Notes under the pieces: model-generated
Database searches by the model: none
Told to the model about the DNA's origin: nothing
The model's input: only the letters and a program-made list of their open reading frames with translations
Made by a program: the position numbers and the translations under genes
Part shown: piece by piece, positions 1-10,396 of the stretch
How positions within the stretch are numbered: the first letter of the stretch is position 1
How the letters are laid out: the number at the start of each line of letters is the position of its first letter
DNA from: an uncultured delta proteobacterium
GTDB taxonomy: Bacteria; Desulfobacterota; Binatia; DP-6
Assembly: GCA_963815115.1 (NCBI GenBank)
Contig: CAWFFN010000005.1
Span: 1,344,001 to 1,408,000 of the forward strand
Direction of reading: 5' to 3'
DNA length: 64,000 bases

Positions 1-1332
1 AGCTACCAGTTCTTCGGCAACGGCTCGTCGCTGCTCTTCAACCAGAACTTTCCGCTCACCGTCGAGCTGTTCGAGGGCAACGCGGGATTCCGCCCCCGCC
101 AGTGGGAGCTGCGCGCCACGCCGGTCTTCAACGTCAACTACCTCTCCGCGCGCGAGCAGGGTGTCGTCAACATCAATCCGGCGCACGGCACCACGCGGCT
201 CGACGGCCACGTGGCGATGCAGGAGCTCTTCGGTGACTACGAGCTGGCGACGGTCGGGCCCTACTTCGACACCATCAACGTGCGGGGCGGCATCCAGGGG
301 TTCAGCAGCGACTTTCGCGGCTTCCTGTTCGTCGACCACCCGGCGGGCCTGAAGCTCTCGGGGACGTACGGCGCGAATCGCACGCAGTGGAACGTCGCCT
401 ACTTCCGGCCGCTCGACAAGGACACCAACACGGGCCTGAACTCGTTCCACGATCGGGATCAGAACGTCGCGATCGGGACCCTGACGCGCCAGGACTTCCT
501 CTTTCCGGGCTACTTCGCCGAGCTGATCGGGGCGTTCGACCGCGACAATGCGAGCAAGCGCTTCGACTCGAATGGCTTCCTGGTGCGCCCCGCGGCGATC
601 GGCGACGCCGCCCCGCACCAGATCACGGTGGGCTATCTCGGCTGGACCGGTGACGGCCACATCGACCGCATCGGCGTCAGCCATGCCTTCTTCCAGGCGA
701 TCGGACGCGACGACCGCAACCCGATCGCCGGCCGCGCCACCGATGTGAACGCGCAGATGGCCGCGCTCGAGGTGTCGTACGACCGCGACTGGCTGCGTCC
801 GAAGGCGTCGTTCTTCTGGTCGTCGGGTGACGGCAAGCCGACCGACGGCACGGCGCGGGGCTTCGATTCGATCCTCGACGATCCGCTCTTCGTGGGCGGC
901 CCGACGAGCTTCTGGGATCGCCAGGGGATCAAGCTCACCGGCACGAACGTCAACCTCACGAACCGCTTCAGCCTCCTGCCGAACCTCCGACCGAGCAACA
1001 TCCAGGGCCAGCAGAACTTCGTGAACCCGGGCATCTTCATCTTCAACGTCGGCCTGTTCGGCCGCCTGACGCCGAAGCTCGCCTTCGAGGCCAACGTCAA
1101 CTACCTGCGCTTCCAGGAGCCGGCGCCGCTCAAGCTGGTGCTGCTCCAGCACCAGATCGGGCACTCCGTCGGGATCGACTACAGCATCGCGTTCACCTAC
1201 CGGCCGCTGCTGATCGACAACATCATCCTGGTCGCTGGCCTCGCGGGGCTGACGCCGCTCGACGGCTTCCGCGACATCTACACCGCCCAGACGCTGTTCC
1301 AGGGATTCCTGAACGTGATCCTGACCTACTGA
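1..1332 (+). CDS. Outer-membrane beta-barrel (porin-like) protein, 5' end outside the window
   Basis: The frame is open from base 1 (SYQFFGNG...). It has alternating amphipathic strands and a C-terminal aromatic barrel signature (...NVILTY). The stop overlaps the next ATG (TGATG). Confidence 0.75.
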   Translation, partial: SYQFFGNGSSLLFNQNFPLTVELFEGNAGFRPRQWELRATPVFNVNYLSAREQGVVNINPAHGTTRLDGHVAMQELFGDYELATVGPYFDTINVRGGIQGFSSDFRGFLFVDHPAGLKLSGTYGANRTQWNVAYFRPLDKDTNTGLNSFHDRDQNVAIGTLTRQDFLFPGYFAELIGAFDRDNASKRFDSNGFLVRPAAIGDAAPHQITVGYLGWTGDGHIDRIGVSHAFFQAIGRDDRNPIAGRATDVNAQMAALEVSYDRDWLRPKASFFWSSGDGKPTDGTARGFDSILDDPLFVGGPTSFWDRQGIKLTGTNVNLTNRFSLLPNLRPSNIQGQQNFVNPGIFIFNVGLFGRLTPKLAFEANVNYLRFQEPAPLKLVLLQHQIGHSVGIDYSIAFTYRPLLIDNIILVAGLAGLTPLDGFRDIYTAQTLFQGFLNVILTY

Positions 1333-4300
1333 TGCGCGTGTCCGGACGTCTTCTGATCCTCGCGGTGCTGGGGGCGAGCGTCGCCCGCGCGGCGCCGCCG
1401 CCGCCCGGCCTGTTCGAGAACCAGCCGGCGGCGAGCGTGCCGGCGGGCAGCGAGGGATGCATCACGTGCCACACCGTCTACGATGACAGGGTGCAGCGGA
1501 CGGCGGTCCTCGAGGACTCCGCAACCATGCACCCGAGCGGGACGGTGAACCTCGGTTGCGCGGACTGCCACGGTGGCCACCCCGAGGTCTTCCGGCCGCC
1601 AGGGGCAGAGCCCGAGACGCCGGCATACGAGGACGCGCTACGGCGCGCTCACGTGCTGCCCGCGCATCCGGACGTCTGGAAGACCTCGGCGAACCCCGTG
1701 CGTTCGTACACGGCGCTCAACCGCGAGAGCGCCGACTTCGTGCGCTTCATCAACCCCGGCGACCTTCGCGCCGCCAAGAAGAGCTGCGGCCGCGCGGGCT
1801 GTCATCCTTCCGAGGTGGCCCGGGTGCGCACCAGCATGATGACCCACGGCGCCATGCTGTGGGAGGCGGCGCTCTACAACAACGGGGCGTTTCCGCTGAA
1901 GAACGCCCGTTTCGGCGAGAGCTACGGCCTCGACGGCACGCCCCAGCGCCTGCAGACGATTCCGCAGCCCGCTCCCGACGACACCACGCTCCACGGCATC
2001 CTGCCGTTCCTCGATCCGCTGCCGCGCTTCGAGGTGACGCAGCCGAGCAACATCCTGCGCGTCTTCGAGCGCGGCGACAATCGGCTGAGCATTCGCGGAC
2101 TCGGCACCCTCAACCGCACCGACCCCGTCTTTCAGGGTCTCCAGCGCACGCGGCTTCTCGACCCGATCCTCTCGTTGCTCGGCACCAACGACCATCCCGG
2201 GGACTACCGCTCCAGCGGCTGCACCGCCTGCCATGTCGTCTACGCCAACGACCGCGATCGCTTCCACTCCGGGCCGTACGCCGAGTACGGCAACCTCGGC
2301 ACGGCGGCGACCGCCGATCCCACCATCCCGCACGACGAGCGCGGCCACCCCATCCACCACGTCTTCACCCGCGGCGTCCCGTCGAGCCAGTGCGTCGTGT
2401 GCCACGTGCACCCCGGAACGTCCTTCGCCAATGCCTATCTCGGCTTCACGTGGTGGGACAACGAGACCCACGGCGAGTTCATGTATCCGCGCCGCGAGCA
2501 GCATCCGACACAGGAGCAGGAGTACGAGAGCTACACCGCCAACCCCGAGGGTTCGGCGCTCCGCGGTCTGTGGTCGGACCTCTATCCCGACCAGGCGAAC
2601 CACCTCGGCGAGGTCGGGGGACCGGACTTCCTCGAGCGCACCTGGGAGCTGAACCCCCAGCTTCACCTGACGAAGTTCGCCGACTTCCACGGCCACGGCT
2701 GGATGTTCCGGGCGATCTTCAAGCACGACCGCAAGGGCGATCTGCTCGACGCGCAGGGTGACGTGGTCGATCCGGTCACGCCGGAGAACACCCAGGTCGC
2801 GCTCGAGACTGCGGTGGAGGGCCGGCCGCACGGCGGGGCGGGCATCCCCGTGCACCTGAAGGACATCCACCTCGAGAAGGGCATGCACTGCAGTGACTGC
2901 CACTTCGAGCAGGACGTGCACGGCAACGGAAAGCTGTACGGCGAGACCCGCAACGCGATCGAGGTCGAATGCGTCGACTGCCACGGGACGGTTCGCGGGC
3001 GCGCGACGCTGCACACGTCGGGGCCCGCCGCCCCGCCCGGCGGCACCGACCTCTCGACCAAGGTGACGCCCTTCGGCACGCCGCTCTTCGAACGCCGGGG
3101 AGATCGACTGGTGCAGCACTCCATGGTCGAGCGCGATCGGTCCTGGGAGGTCGTGCAGGTCCTCGACAGCATCACGCCGGGCAATCCGCACTACAGCGAG
3201 CTGTCGCGCCTGGCGAAGACGCTCCGCCGCGACGGCAGGACGTGGGGCGACGTGCCGCCCGACGCGGCCGACGTCCGCGCGGGCGGCGATCCGCCCGCGT
3301 GGGGCACACCGGCTCCCCGCCCGGCGGGCGACCCGGCCAGCACCCTGGCGCACCGGGACGACGACCTCGCCTGCTACACCTGTCACACGTCGTGGATGAC
3401 GAGCTGCTTCGGCTGCCACCTGCCGATGCGGGCCAACTGGAAGCGGCCGCTGCTGCACTACGAGGGCGACGAGGAGCGCAACTGGACGAGCTACAACTAC
3501 CAGGTCCTGCGCGACGACGTCTTCATGCTCGGCCGCGACGGTACGGTGAAGCGGAACCGCATCGCGCCGGTCCGGTCGTCCAGCGCGGTCCTCGTCGGCT
3601 CCCAGAACCTGAACCGCGAGTGGCTCTACTCGCAGCAGCAGACCGTCTCGAGCGAGGGCTACGCCGGGCAGGCGTTCAATCCGCACTTCCCGCACGCGGT
3701 GCGTGGCGGCAACGAGACCAAGCAGTGCGTCGACTGCCACGTGTCCAAGGAGGACGACAACAACGCCTGGATGGCCCAGGTGCTCCTCCAGGGCACCAAC
3801 TTCGTCAACTTCCTCGGGCGCTACGTCTGGGTGGCGGAGGAGGACGAAGGGCTGGAGGCCGTGGTCGTCACCGAGCAGGACGAGCCCCAGGCCGTCATCG
3901 GGAGCCGGCTGCATTCGCTGGCCTATCCCCAGCGCTACCAGGCGCACGTCGCGCGCGGCCGGCTGCTGCCGGGCTCGCGCATGTTCGAGCACCCGGGACA
4001 CGACGTCCTCTCGCTGCCCTGGACGCGGGAGAAGGTGCAGTTCCTGCAGCTCCGTGGCGAATACCTCTACAGCGCCAACGGCCCGGGCGGCGCACGCATC
4101 TTCGACGTCGCCGACATCGACAACAAGAAGAACCCCGAGCGCATCACGACGTCGGTCATCTCGCCGCTCGGCCAGCGCCTCTACGTGCGCACGCGCGACG
4201 CCGCGGCGGTCCTGTCACCGTCGACGCTGGCGGTCGACCCCACGCGACCCCACCTACCGGAGAACGAGGAACGGAAGCCGATCCACACGCTGTACGGGTA

Positions 4301-5219
4301 CCTCTACATCCTCGATCGCGAGGAGGGCCTCGTGGTCACGCCCGCCAAGACGTTGCTCAACGGCGACCCGAACGACAACTTCCTCGAGCGAGCCCGGTTC
4401 CGCGACGGCACGACCGCTTTCAACCCCGGCGGCGTGCTGACGGGTGCAGTGAACGGTCAGGTCGCCGGACGCTACCTGTACGTGTGCGCCCGCGCCGGTC
4501 TCCTGGTCGTCGATATCGACGATCCCCTCGCCCCGCGGGTCGTCGCGACCCTCGCGTCGCCCGCCGTGGACGACCCGCGCGCGGTGGTGATCCAGTTCCG
4601 CTACGCCTTCGTGGCCGATGCGCGCGGCCTCGAGGTGATCGACGTGACCGACCCGACGCGACCCGTGCCCCGCGCCTCCGTCCCGATCGCGGACGCGCGC
4701 GACGTCTACGTTGCCCGGACGTACGCCTACGTGGCGGGCGGCGCGCAGGGTCTGGTGATCGTCGACGTCGAGCAGCCCGAGCATCCTTCCATCGATCAGG
4801 TGTACGATGCGGACAGGCAGATCGACGACACCCGGTCGGTGAAGGTCGGCATGACGAACGCCAGCCTGTTCGCCTACCTCGCGGACGGCAAGAACGGGCT
4901 TCGCGTCGTGCAGCTGATGTCGCCCGACACGCCCGGGTACACCGGTTTCAGCCCGCGGCCACGTCCCGATCTGCCGGGGCTGGGGCTCATCGCCACCTAC
5001 CGCACGCACGGTCCAGCGGTGGCGCTGTCGAAGGGGCTCGACCGCGACCGCGCGGTCGACGAGAGCGGCAACCAGGTGGCGGTCTTCGGGCGGCGTGGGG
5101 CCGGTCCGCTCACCCTCGAGGATCAGCACCGCCTCTACCTCCGGGACGGCGGGGTGTACGCGGTGCCGGTGCTGCGCGACGCGGCCGCGGTGCGGCGGGA
5201 GTTCGGCGCGCCGCGCTAG
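1332..5219 (+). CDS. Exported multiheme cytochrome c with C-terminal LVIVD-repeat beta-propeller
   Basis: Signal peptide; 9 CxxCH motifs (CITCH, CADCH, CTACH, CVVCH, CSDCH, CVDCH, CYTCH, CFGCH, CVDCH) plus CGRAGCH; YAYVA-GL-I/V-DV repeats in the C-terminal third. Confidence 0.9.
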   Translation: MRVSGRLLILAVLGASVARAAPPPPGLFENQPAASVPAGSEGCITCHTVYDDRVQRTAVLEDSATMHPSGTVNLGCADCHGGHPEVFRPPGAEPETPAYEDALRRAHVLPAHPDVWKTSANPVRSYTALNRESADFVRFINPGDLRAAKKSCGRAGCHPSEVARVRTSMMTHGAMLWEAALYNNGAFPLKNARFGESYGLDGTPQRLQTIPQPAPDDTTLHGILPFLDPLPRFEVTQPSNILRVFERGDNRLSIRGLGTLNRTDPVFQGLQRTRLLDPILSLLGTNDHPGDYRSSGCTACHVVYANDRDRFHSGPYAEYGNLGTAATADPTIPHDERGHPIHHVFTRGVPSSQCVVCHVHPGTSFANAYLGFTWWDNETHGEFMYPRREQHPTQEQEYESYTANPEGSALRGLWSDLYPDQANHLGEVGGPDFLERTWELNPQLHLTKFADFHGHGWMFRAIFKHDRKGDLLDAQGDVVDPVTPENTQVALETAVEGRPHGGAGIPVHLKDIHLEKGMHCSDCHFEQDVHGNGKLYGETRNAIEVECVDCHGTVRGRATLHTSGPAAPPGGTDLSTKVTPFGTPLFERRGDRLVQHSMVERDRSWEVVQVLDSITPGNPHYSELSRLAKTLRRDGRTWGDVPPDAADVRAGGDPPAWGTPAPRPAGDPASTLAHRDDDLACYTCHTSWMTSCFGCHLPMRANWKRPLLHYEGDEERNWTSYNYQVLRDDVFMLGRDGTVKRNRIAPVRSSSAVLVGSQNLNREWLYSQQQTVSSEGYAGQAFNPHFPHAVRGGNETKQCVDCHVSKEDDNNAWMAQVLLQGTNFVNFLGRYVWVAEEDEGLEAVVVTEQDEPQAVIGSRLHSLAYPQRYQAHVARGRLLPGSRMFEHPGHDVLSLPWTREKVQFLQLRGEYLYSANGPGGARIFDVADIDNKKNPERITTSVISPLGQRLYVRTRDAAAVLSPSTLAVDPTRPHLPENEERKPIHTLYGYLYILDREEGLVVTPAKTLLNGDPNDNFLERARFRDGTTAFNPGGVLTGAVNGQVAGRYLYVCARAGLLVVDIDDPLAPRVVATLASPAVDDPRAVVIQFRYAFVADARGLEVIDVTDPTRPVPRASVPIADARDVYVARTYAYVAGGAQGLVIVDVEQPEHPSIDQVYDADRQIDDTRSVKVGMTNASLFAYLADGKNGLRVVQLMSPDTPGYTGFSPRPRPDLPGLGLIATYRTHGPAVALSKGLDRDRAVDESGNQVAVFGRRGAGPLTLEDQHRLYLRDGGVYAVPVLRDAAAVRREFGAPR

Positions 5220-5710
5220 AGGCGGTGCAGGTTCTTGTCGCGCTCGATCGACAGCTCGGCGGTGGTGCGGCGCAGCCGTTCGACGAGGAACGCGGCGGCG
5301 TTGCGGTAGAGGAGGGCGGCCGCCTGCGGCCGCTTGCGGAGCTCCTCGCGCAGGCTCGCGTACGGCACCCGGATCAGAGAGCAATGGGCGCCGGCGACGG
5401 CCGTGGCCGAGCGCGGCCCGTGGTGCACGTCGAGGAAGGCCATCTCACCGAACTCGTCGCCGACGCCGAGGGTGGTGATGAGCGTCTCGCCGTCGGTCGC
5501 GTCGGAGTCGGCGGCGAGGATGTCCACGGATCCGGCCTCGACGAGGTAGAGCGCATCGGCGATGTCGCCCTGCCGGAAGATGACCTCGCCGGGCGCGTAC
5601 GTCCGCTTCTCGGCGATCGCCTCCATGACCGTCCTGAGCAGGGTCGGCGCGGAGACGTCGTCGCCCATGTGGCTGCGCAGCAGGTAGAAATCCTTCAGCA
5701 GCTCCGCCAT
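5216..5710 (-). CDS. Stand-alone cyclic nucleotide-binding domain protein
   Basis: IFRQGD...LYLVEAG...FGEMAFL...RSAT motif; start taken at MAELLKDF. Confidence 0.85.
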   Translation of the reverse strand: MAELLKDFYLLRSHMGDDVSAPTLLRTVMEAIAEKRTYAPGEVIFRQGDIADALYLVEAGSVDILAADSDATDGETLITTLGVGDEFGEMAFLDVHHGPRSATAVAGAHCSLIRVPYASLREELRKRPQAAALLYRNAAAFLVERLRRTTAELSIERDKNLHRL

Positions 5711-5756
5711 CCGCGGGCGTCGACGTATCACGATGGCCCGGGCAACTCCAGACGGC

Positions 5757-7973
5757 TCACTTCTCCTTCGGCCGGTAGACGCCGTCCCAACCCTCGTCGG
5801 GCGGTGCCGCGCGCAGCTCTCGGATGCGGCGGGCAAGCTCGGCGGCCGGTCCGTCGCAGCCCCACTCCGCCGTGAAACGCGCGACCCGCGCTTCCGCGCC
5901 CTCCCAGTCGCGTGCCCGATAGGCAGCGAGAACCTCGGCGAAGCCGGCGGCGAGTCGCCGCCGGCTGCCATCGGTATCGGCGGCGATCGGGCCGAGCAAC
6001 TCGTAGATGGTCACGGACCGGTGCTTGCCCTTCACCTCGACACGATCGACCTCGCGGCAGACGAAGTCGTCGGCCACCTCGCGCTGCGTCGTCTCCGACA
6101 GCAGGATGCGGGTGCGGTAGGTCTTGTTCAGGCCTTCGAGGCGCGATGCCAGGTTCACGTGGTCACCCATGGCGGTGTAATTGAAGCGCGTCGCCGAGCC
6201 GAAGTTCCCGACCACGACCTCGCCGGTGTCGATGCCGATGCCGATGGCCACGTGGGGCCACCCGAGGGTGCGCCAGCGCTGGTTGAGCGGGGCGAGCGCG
6301 TCCAGCATGTGCAGTGCAGTCTGGCAGGCGCGCTTCGCGTGATCGGGAACCGCGACCGGGGCGCCCCAGAGCGCCATCACCGCGTCACCGATGTACTTGT
6401 CGAGTAGCCCCCGATGCTCGAAGAGGATGTTCGTCATCGCGGTGAGATACTCGTTCATCAGCTTGGCGACCTCCTCGGGCCCTGAGCGCTCCTGGAGTGC
6501 CTCGACGTTCGTCGTGAAGCCGCGGATGTCCGAGAAGAAGACCGTGACCGTGCACCGATCACCACCGAGACGAACGCGCTCGGGCTCGCGCGCGAGCTGC
6601 TCGGTCACCTCGGGGTCGAGGTAGAGCCGGAACGTATCGCGTATCCGTCGCTTCTCGCGCTCCTCGCCGAGGTAGCGCACGATCCCGCCCCCGAGCACCG
6701 CGAACCCGATCGCGCCGACGGGATACAGGGCGCTGAGCACGAGCCCGCGCCTCTCGAAGAGCTGCTGCGTGCCCCATGCGTATGCGATCAGCAGTCCGGC
6801 GCTCGCGCAGAAGCCCCACGCGCCAGGGATGCGCAGGAACGATCCGACGAGCGCCCCGAGGAGGAGCACCACGCCTGCCTCGAGCGGGATGATCCAGCTG
6901 GGCCGGTGCAGGCTCTGGCGCTGCAGGATGTTGTCGATGACGGTCGCGTGAATCTCGACGGCCGGCATCTCGGCGGAGAAGGGAGAGGCTCGCCTGTCGG
7001 AGCCGACGGCGGTGAGCGCGACGAGCACGATCTTCCCGTCCACGGCGCCTTCCGGGAGGCGACCGGCGATCACGTCGGACGCGCGGATGTACCGGAAGGT
7101 CCTCTCCTTGGGGCCGAGGTAGTTGATCCAGAGCTCGCCCGCCTCGTCCACGGGGATCTCGGTGGCGCCGACCCGCAGCGCTGCGACGCCGTAGCCCTCG
7201 ACGGTCATGCTCGCGGCGGCCACTCCCGCGAAGCGGCGGAACGTCTCCAGGCTGAGCGCCCCGGTGTATCGCTTGTCCAGGCGTACCACCATCGGGACGC
7301 GGCGGAAGGCTCCGTCACCATCCGGGAGGAAGTTGTAGTGTCCGGTACCTGCCGCGGCGTTGGCGAGGATGGCGATGTTGCCGTGAAAGGCGGTCGCGGC
7401 GGGGATGATGCCGACGTTCGCACCGGCCGCGACCTGCGCCGCGATCTCCGGGATCGTGGCCGCATCGCCCGTGGTCGGCGTGTCGGGCGCGGTGGGCCCG
7501 AGGTCGAAGAAGTGCGCGAGGACGACGCGCCCGGAAGCGCGCAGCGCGGCGGCCATGCGCGCGTCATTGTACGCGAGGAGCGCCGCCTCGAGCTCGCCGG
7601 CCGACTGCGGCTCGGTCTCGAGCACGTGGTGAAGGGTCTCGTGGTCGACGCTCGGGTCTGGCTGGTCGAACAGGACGTCGAACCCGATCGCTCGGGCGCC
7701 CCCCTCGGTGAGACGGTCTACCAGCGTGGCGAGCCGTGCCCGGGGCCACGGCCAGCGTCCCAGCTCCGCGAGGCTCGCCTCGTCAACGGCGACGATCACG
7801 ACCTCGCCGCTGGCCGGGACCGGTCCCCGGAGTCGGTGGCGCAAGTCGAGTGCCTTCATGTCGTACAGCTCGAGCAGCGGCAGGCCAGCGAGCCGGAGAC
7901 CTGCGAACAGGCAGGCGATGCACAGCACCACTCGCCAGACGGTGAGGCGGGGCAGCCGCCATGTCCGTTTCAC
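5757..7973 (-). CDS. CHASE2-domain class III adenylate/guanylate cyclase
   Basis: GRWPWPR CHASE2 motif, TM helices, and FFSDIRGFT, DKYIGDAVMA and GDHVNLASRLEG cyclase motifs. Confidence 0.92.
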   Translation of the reverse strand: MKRTWRLPRLTVWRVVLCIACLFAGLRLAGLPLLELYDMKALDLRHRLRGPVPASGEVVIVAVDEASLAELGRWPWPRARLATLVDRLTEGGARAIGFDVLFDQPDPSVDHETLHHVLETEPQSAGELEAALLAYNDARMAAALRASGRVVLAHFFDLGPTAPDTPTTGDAATIPEIAAQVAAGANVGIIPAATAFHGNIAILANAAAGTGHYNFLPDGDGAFRRVPMVVRLDKRYTGALSLETFRRFAGVAAASMTVEGYGVAALRVGATEIPVDEAGELWINYLGPKERTFRYIRASDVIAGRLPEGAVDGKIVLVALTAVGSDRRASPFSAEMPAVEIHATVIDNILQRQSLHRPSWIIPLEAGVVLLLGALVGSFLRIPGAWGFCASAGLLIAYAWGTQQLFERRGLVLSALYPVGAIGFAVLGGGIVRYLGEEREKRRIRDTFRLYLDPEVTEQLAREPERVRLGGDRCTVTVFFSDIRGFTTNVEALQERSGPEEVAKLMNEYLTAMTNILFEHRGLLDKYIGDAVMALWGAPVAVPDHAKRACQTALHMLDALAPLNQRWRTLGWPHVAIGIGIDTGEVVVGNFGSATRFNYTAMGDHVNLASRLEGLNKTYRTRILLSETTQREVADDFVCREVDRVEVKGKHRSVTIYELLGPIAADTDGSRRRLAAGFAEVLAAYRARDWEGAEARVARFTAEWGCDGPAAELARRIRELRAAPPDEGWDGVYRPKEK

Positions 7974-7982
7974 GAGCGCCGA

Positions 7983-8777
7983 TCAGCGCCGCCCCTTGGG
8001 GAGGGGAGGTGGGAGCTGTTCCCGGCCCTGGGGCGGCTTCACGGGCGGCTGATTGACGACGGTCGCGGGCGGGAAGCCCGGCGACGTCGCCAGCGGAGGC
8101 GCGATGCCGGGCAGCGGCTCGATCTCGCTCTCGGGCGGGAGGCCACCGGTCAGCAGCTCGGTCGCCGCGAGCAGCTCGCGTCGTTGCTCCTCGGGCAGCG
8201 GATGCGGCCTGGTCGGCAACTTGCCGCGGGCGACCTCGGTCGCCATGCCGGGACCGAGGAACACTTCATGCCGTCCCTGGGGGTCCGCTTTCGAGCGCAC
8301 GAACGTGGTGTCGTAGAGCCCGAGGTACAGACTCTCCGCACGCGCGGGATCGTACTGGACGATGAATCCGGTCCCGCGCGCACCGCCGACGGCGGTCGGG
8401 GTATCCACCTCGACGGTCGTCCGCGGGCGCGCGTACAGGTTGCTCAGCACCACGCGTATCCTGCCCACGATGAGCGAGAATGAGAACGCCGTGTTCGCGG
8501 TCCCCTCGGTATCGGGGCCAAGCGTCTGGACCACCGTCTGGCCGCCAGGGGTAGTGGCCTGCGTCTGGAGCTTCGAGCCCGAGAGGGTCCGTTGCTGGTC
8601 CCCGTCCAGGACGGGGTCCCCCGGCCTGAGCTGCTCCCGTGCGGGGCGGCCGGCATGGAGCACCTCGGCGGTTCCCTCGACCGCGGCCACCGTGGCGGCG
8701 CGCTCCTGCCCGGCAGCCGTGAGCGCGAGGGCCGCGACGACGAGGCTCGCCGCGAAGAGTCTTCGCACGGCCCCCAT
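7983..8777 (-). CDS. FecR-like periplasmic protein with Pro-rich tail
   Basis: Signal peptide; VEVDTPTAVGGARGTGF FecR motif. Confidence 0.8.
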   Translation of the reverse strand: MGAVRRLFAASLVVAALALTAAGQERAATVAAVEGTAEVLHAGRPAREQLRPGDPVLDGDQQRTLSGSKLQTQATTPGGQTVVQTLGPDTEGTANTAFSFSLIVGRIRVVLSNLYARPRTTVEVDTPTAVGGARGTGFIVQYDPARAESLYLGLYDTTFVRSKADPQGRHEVFLGPGMATEVARGKLPTRPHPLPEEQRRELLAATELLTGGLPPESEIEPLPGIAPPLATSPGFPPATVVNQPPVKPPQGREQLPPPLPKGRR

Positions 8778-8778
8778 G

Positions 8779-10107
8779 CTAGTAGACCACCTGCAGCTGG
8801 GCGAGCACCACCGACCGCCGATACTGGAAGACCGGGATGTTCGAGTTGTTGATGGTGCCGTAGTACGTGAGGGCCAGGTTGAGATGGGGGCTCAGCACGC
8901 GTGAGACCTCCGCGAAGAAGACGTGCTCGTGGTCGACGCGGTTGGTCCGGAACGCCACGAAGCTGTTCAGCTCGGGGTAGTCGTCGTACTGGAACAGGTA
9001 GGTCAGCGCGACGCTGGTCTGCCACCAGGCCGGGAAGTAGATGCCGGCGTGCACCTGATAGGCACGCTGCCGGAAGTCGTTGCCCGCCATGCTGCGCGGC
9101 TGCTCGTTCTCGAACTGGAAGCCGAGGGTGAGGTAGTGCTCCGGGTCGCGGAACAGGAACTGGTTCACGCCCGCCGTGTAGTCCGGACCGTCACGGATGT
9201 CCCGGAAAGGCTGGGCGAGATAGTTCCGGTACTCGAAGCGAAACATGCCCTGCGTCTGCCCCCATGGCGGTTCGAGCAGCGTCAAGTAGGGCGTGATGAT
9301 GGGCTCCTGCATGTATGCCGAGCTGCCGAGGGCGTAGTGCCCGTAGAGGGCCTGCAGGTTGGCCCACAGCCACGGACGTATCGCGTAGGCGCCGGTGCCA
9401 CCGACCTCGTTCGCGCGGAAGTCGAAGCTGCCGGCGTCGGTGTTGAGGGTCTGGTAGAAGTCGTATTGCAGGCGGAGCATCGCGTCGCCGCGACGCAGCG
9501 GGTCGTAGTGACCTCCGAGGTCGAGCGTGAAGAAGCCGGTGCCGGCGCCGTGCGGATCCAGCTTCACGTTGCTGTCGTAGCCGACTCCCGTGCCCGCATA
9601 GAACCCCCATTGCTTGCCCGGGGCGACGACGCTGGACGGCCGTTCGCCGCGGGTGCGCGCCAGCGTGGTCAAGGCCCGCGTGCTGGTGGCGAGGCCCGGA
9701 GACATCGCCACGGCCCGATCGAGCAGGCGCGTGGCTTCGACCGTGTCCCCGGCTTCGAGGGCGGATTGCCCGAGTCGCAGCGAGACCAGGCCGAGCTCGC
9801 GCTTCGCCTCGGCGAAGTCCGGCTTGCTCGCCAGGGCTTGCTCGAAGGCACGGCCGGCCTCCTCGAGGCGGCCGAGCCGCACGAGGGCCCGACCGAGGCC
9901 GTACGCCGCCGCGGCGTCACGCGGATCGGCCGCCGCCGCGTCCGCGAAGTCCCGCCGGGCGTCCTCGAAGCGGCCGGCGTTGTACGCGGCACGTGCGCGC
10001 GCTACCAGGAGCTCCGAGCGCTCGGAGGCGCGGGCGACGCCAGGGGCGAGCGCCAACACGACCAAGGCGCTTCCGAGCGCGATCAGTCGCCGATGCCGTC
10101 CCGCCAT
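8779..10107 (-). CDS. TPR-repeat plus C-terminal outer-membrane beta-barrel protein
   Basis: Signal peptide, TPR repeats, GVGYDSNV barrel start and C-terminal ...LQVVY. Confidence 0.8.
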   Translation of the reverse strand: MAGRHRRLIALGSALVVLALAPGVARASERSELLVARARAAYNAGRFEDARRDFADAAAADPRDAAAAYGLGRALVRLGRLEEAGRAFEQALASKPDFAEAKRELGLVSLRLGQSALEAGDTVEATRLLDRAVAMSPGLATSTRALTTLARTRGERPSSVVAPGKQWGFYAGTGVGYDSNVKLDPHGAGTGFFTLDLGGHYDPLRRGDAMLRLQYDFYQTLNTDAGSFDFRANEVGGTGAYAIRPWLWANLQALYGHYALGSSAYMQEPIITPYLTLLEPPWGQTQGMFRFEYRNYLAQPFRDIRDGPDYTAGVNQFLFRDPEHYLTLGFQFENEQPRSMAGNDFRQRAYQVHAGIYFPAWWQTSVALTYLFQYDDYPELNSFVAFRTNRVDHEHVFFAEVSRVLSPHLNLALTYYGTINNSNIPVFQYRRSVVLAQLQVVY

Positions 10108-10396
10108 CGTCCCCCTTCGGGTGTCTGCGACGGTTGGCTTGATAGCAGCCCGCTGCCTTGCCGACAAGCGGCTGCGATTTCTAGGCATGGCTCTCGGCCG
10201 CGCTGATTCGCGTCCGACTCGACGCGGCCTCCTCGCCGCGGGAGCGACTCACCGACGACTGCTTGCGAGTCCACTCCGTTGGGAACTGCGTTTCAAAGCT
10301 ACCGCAACTCCCCGCCGTGATTGACAGGACGCAAGCATGTGCCCTACCTTTGGGATGTGGCTGCGGCCGACCTCCGGCATCCCTGACGGAACGACG

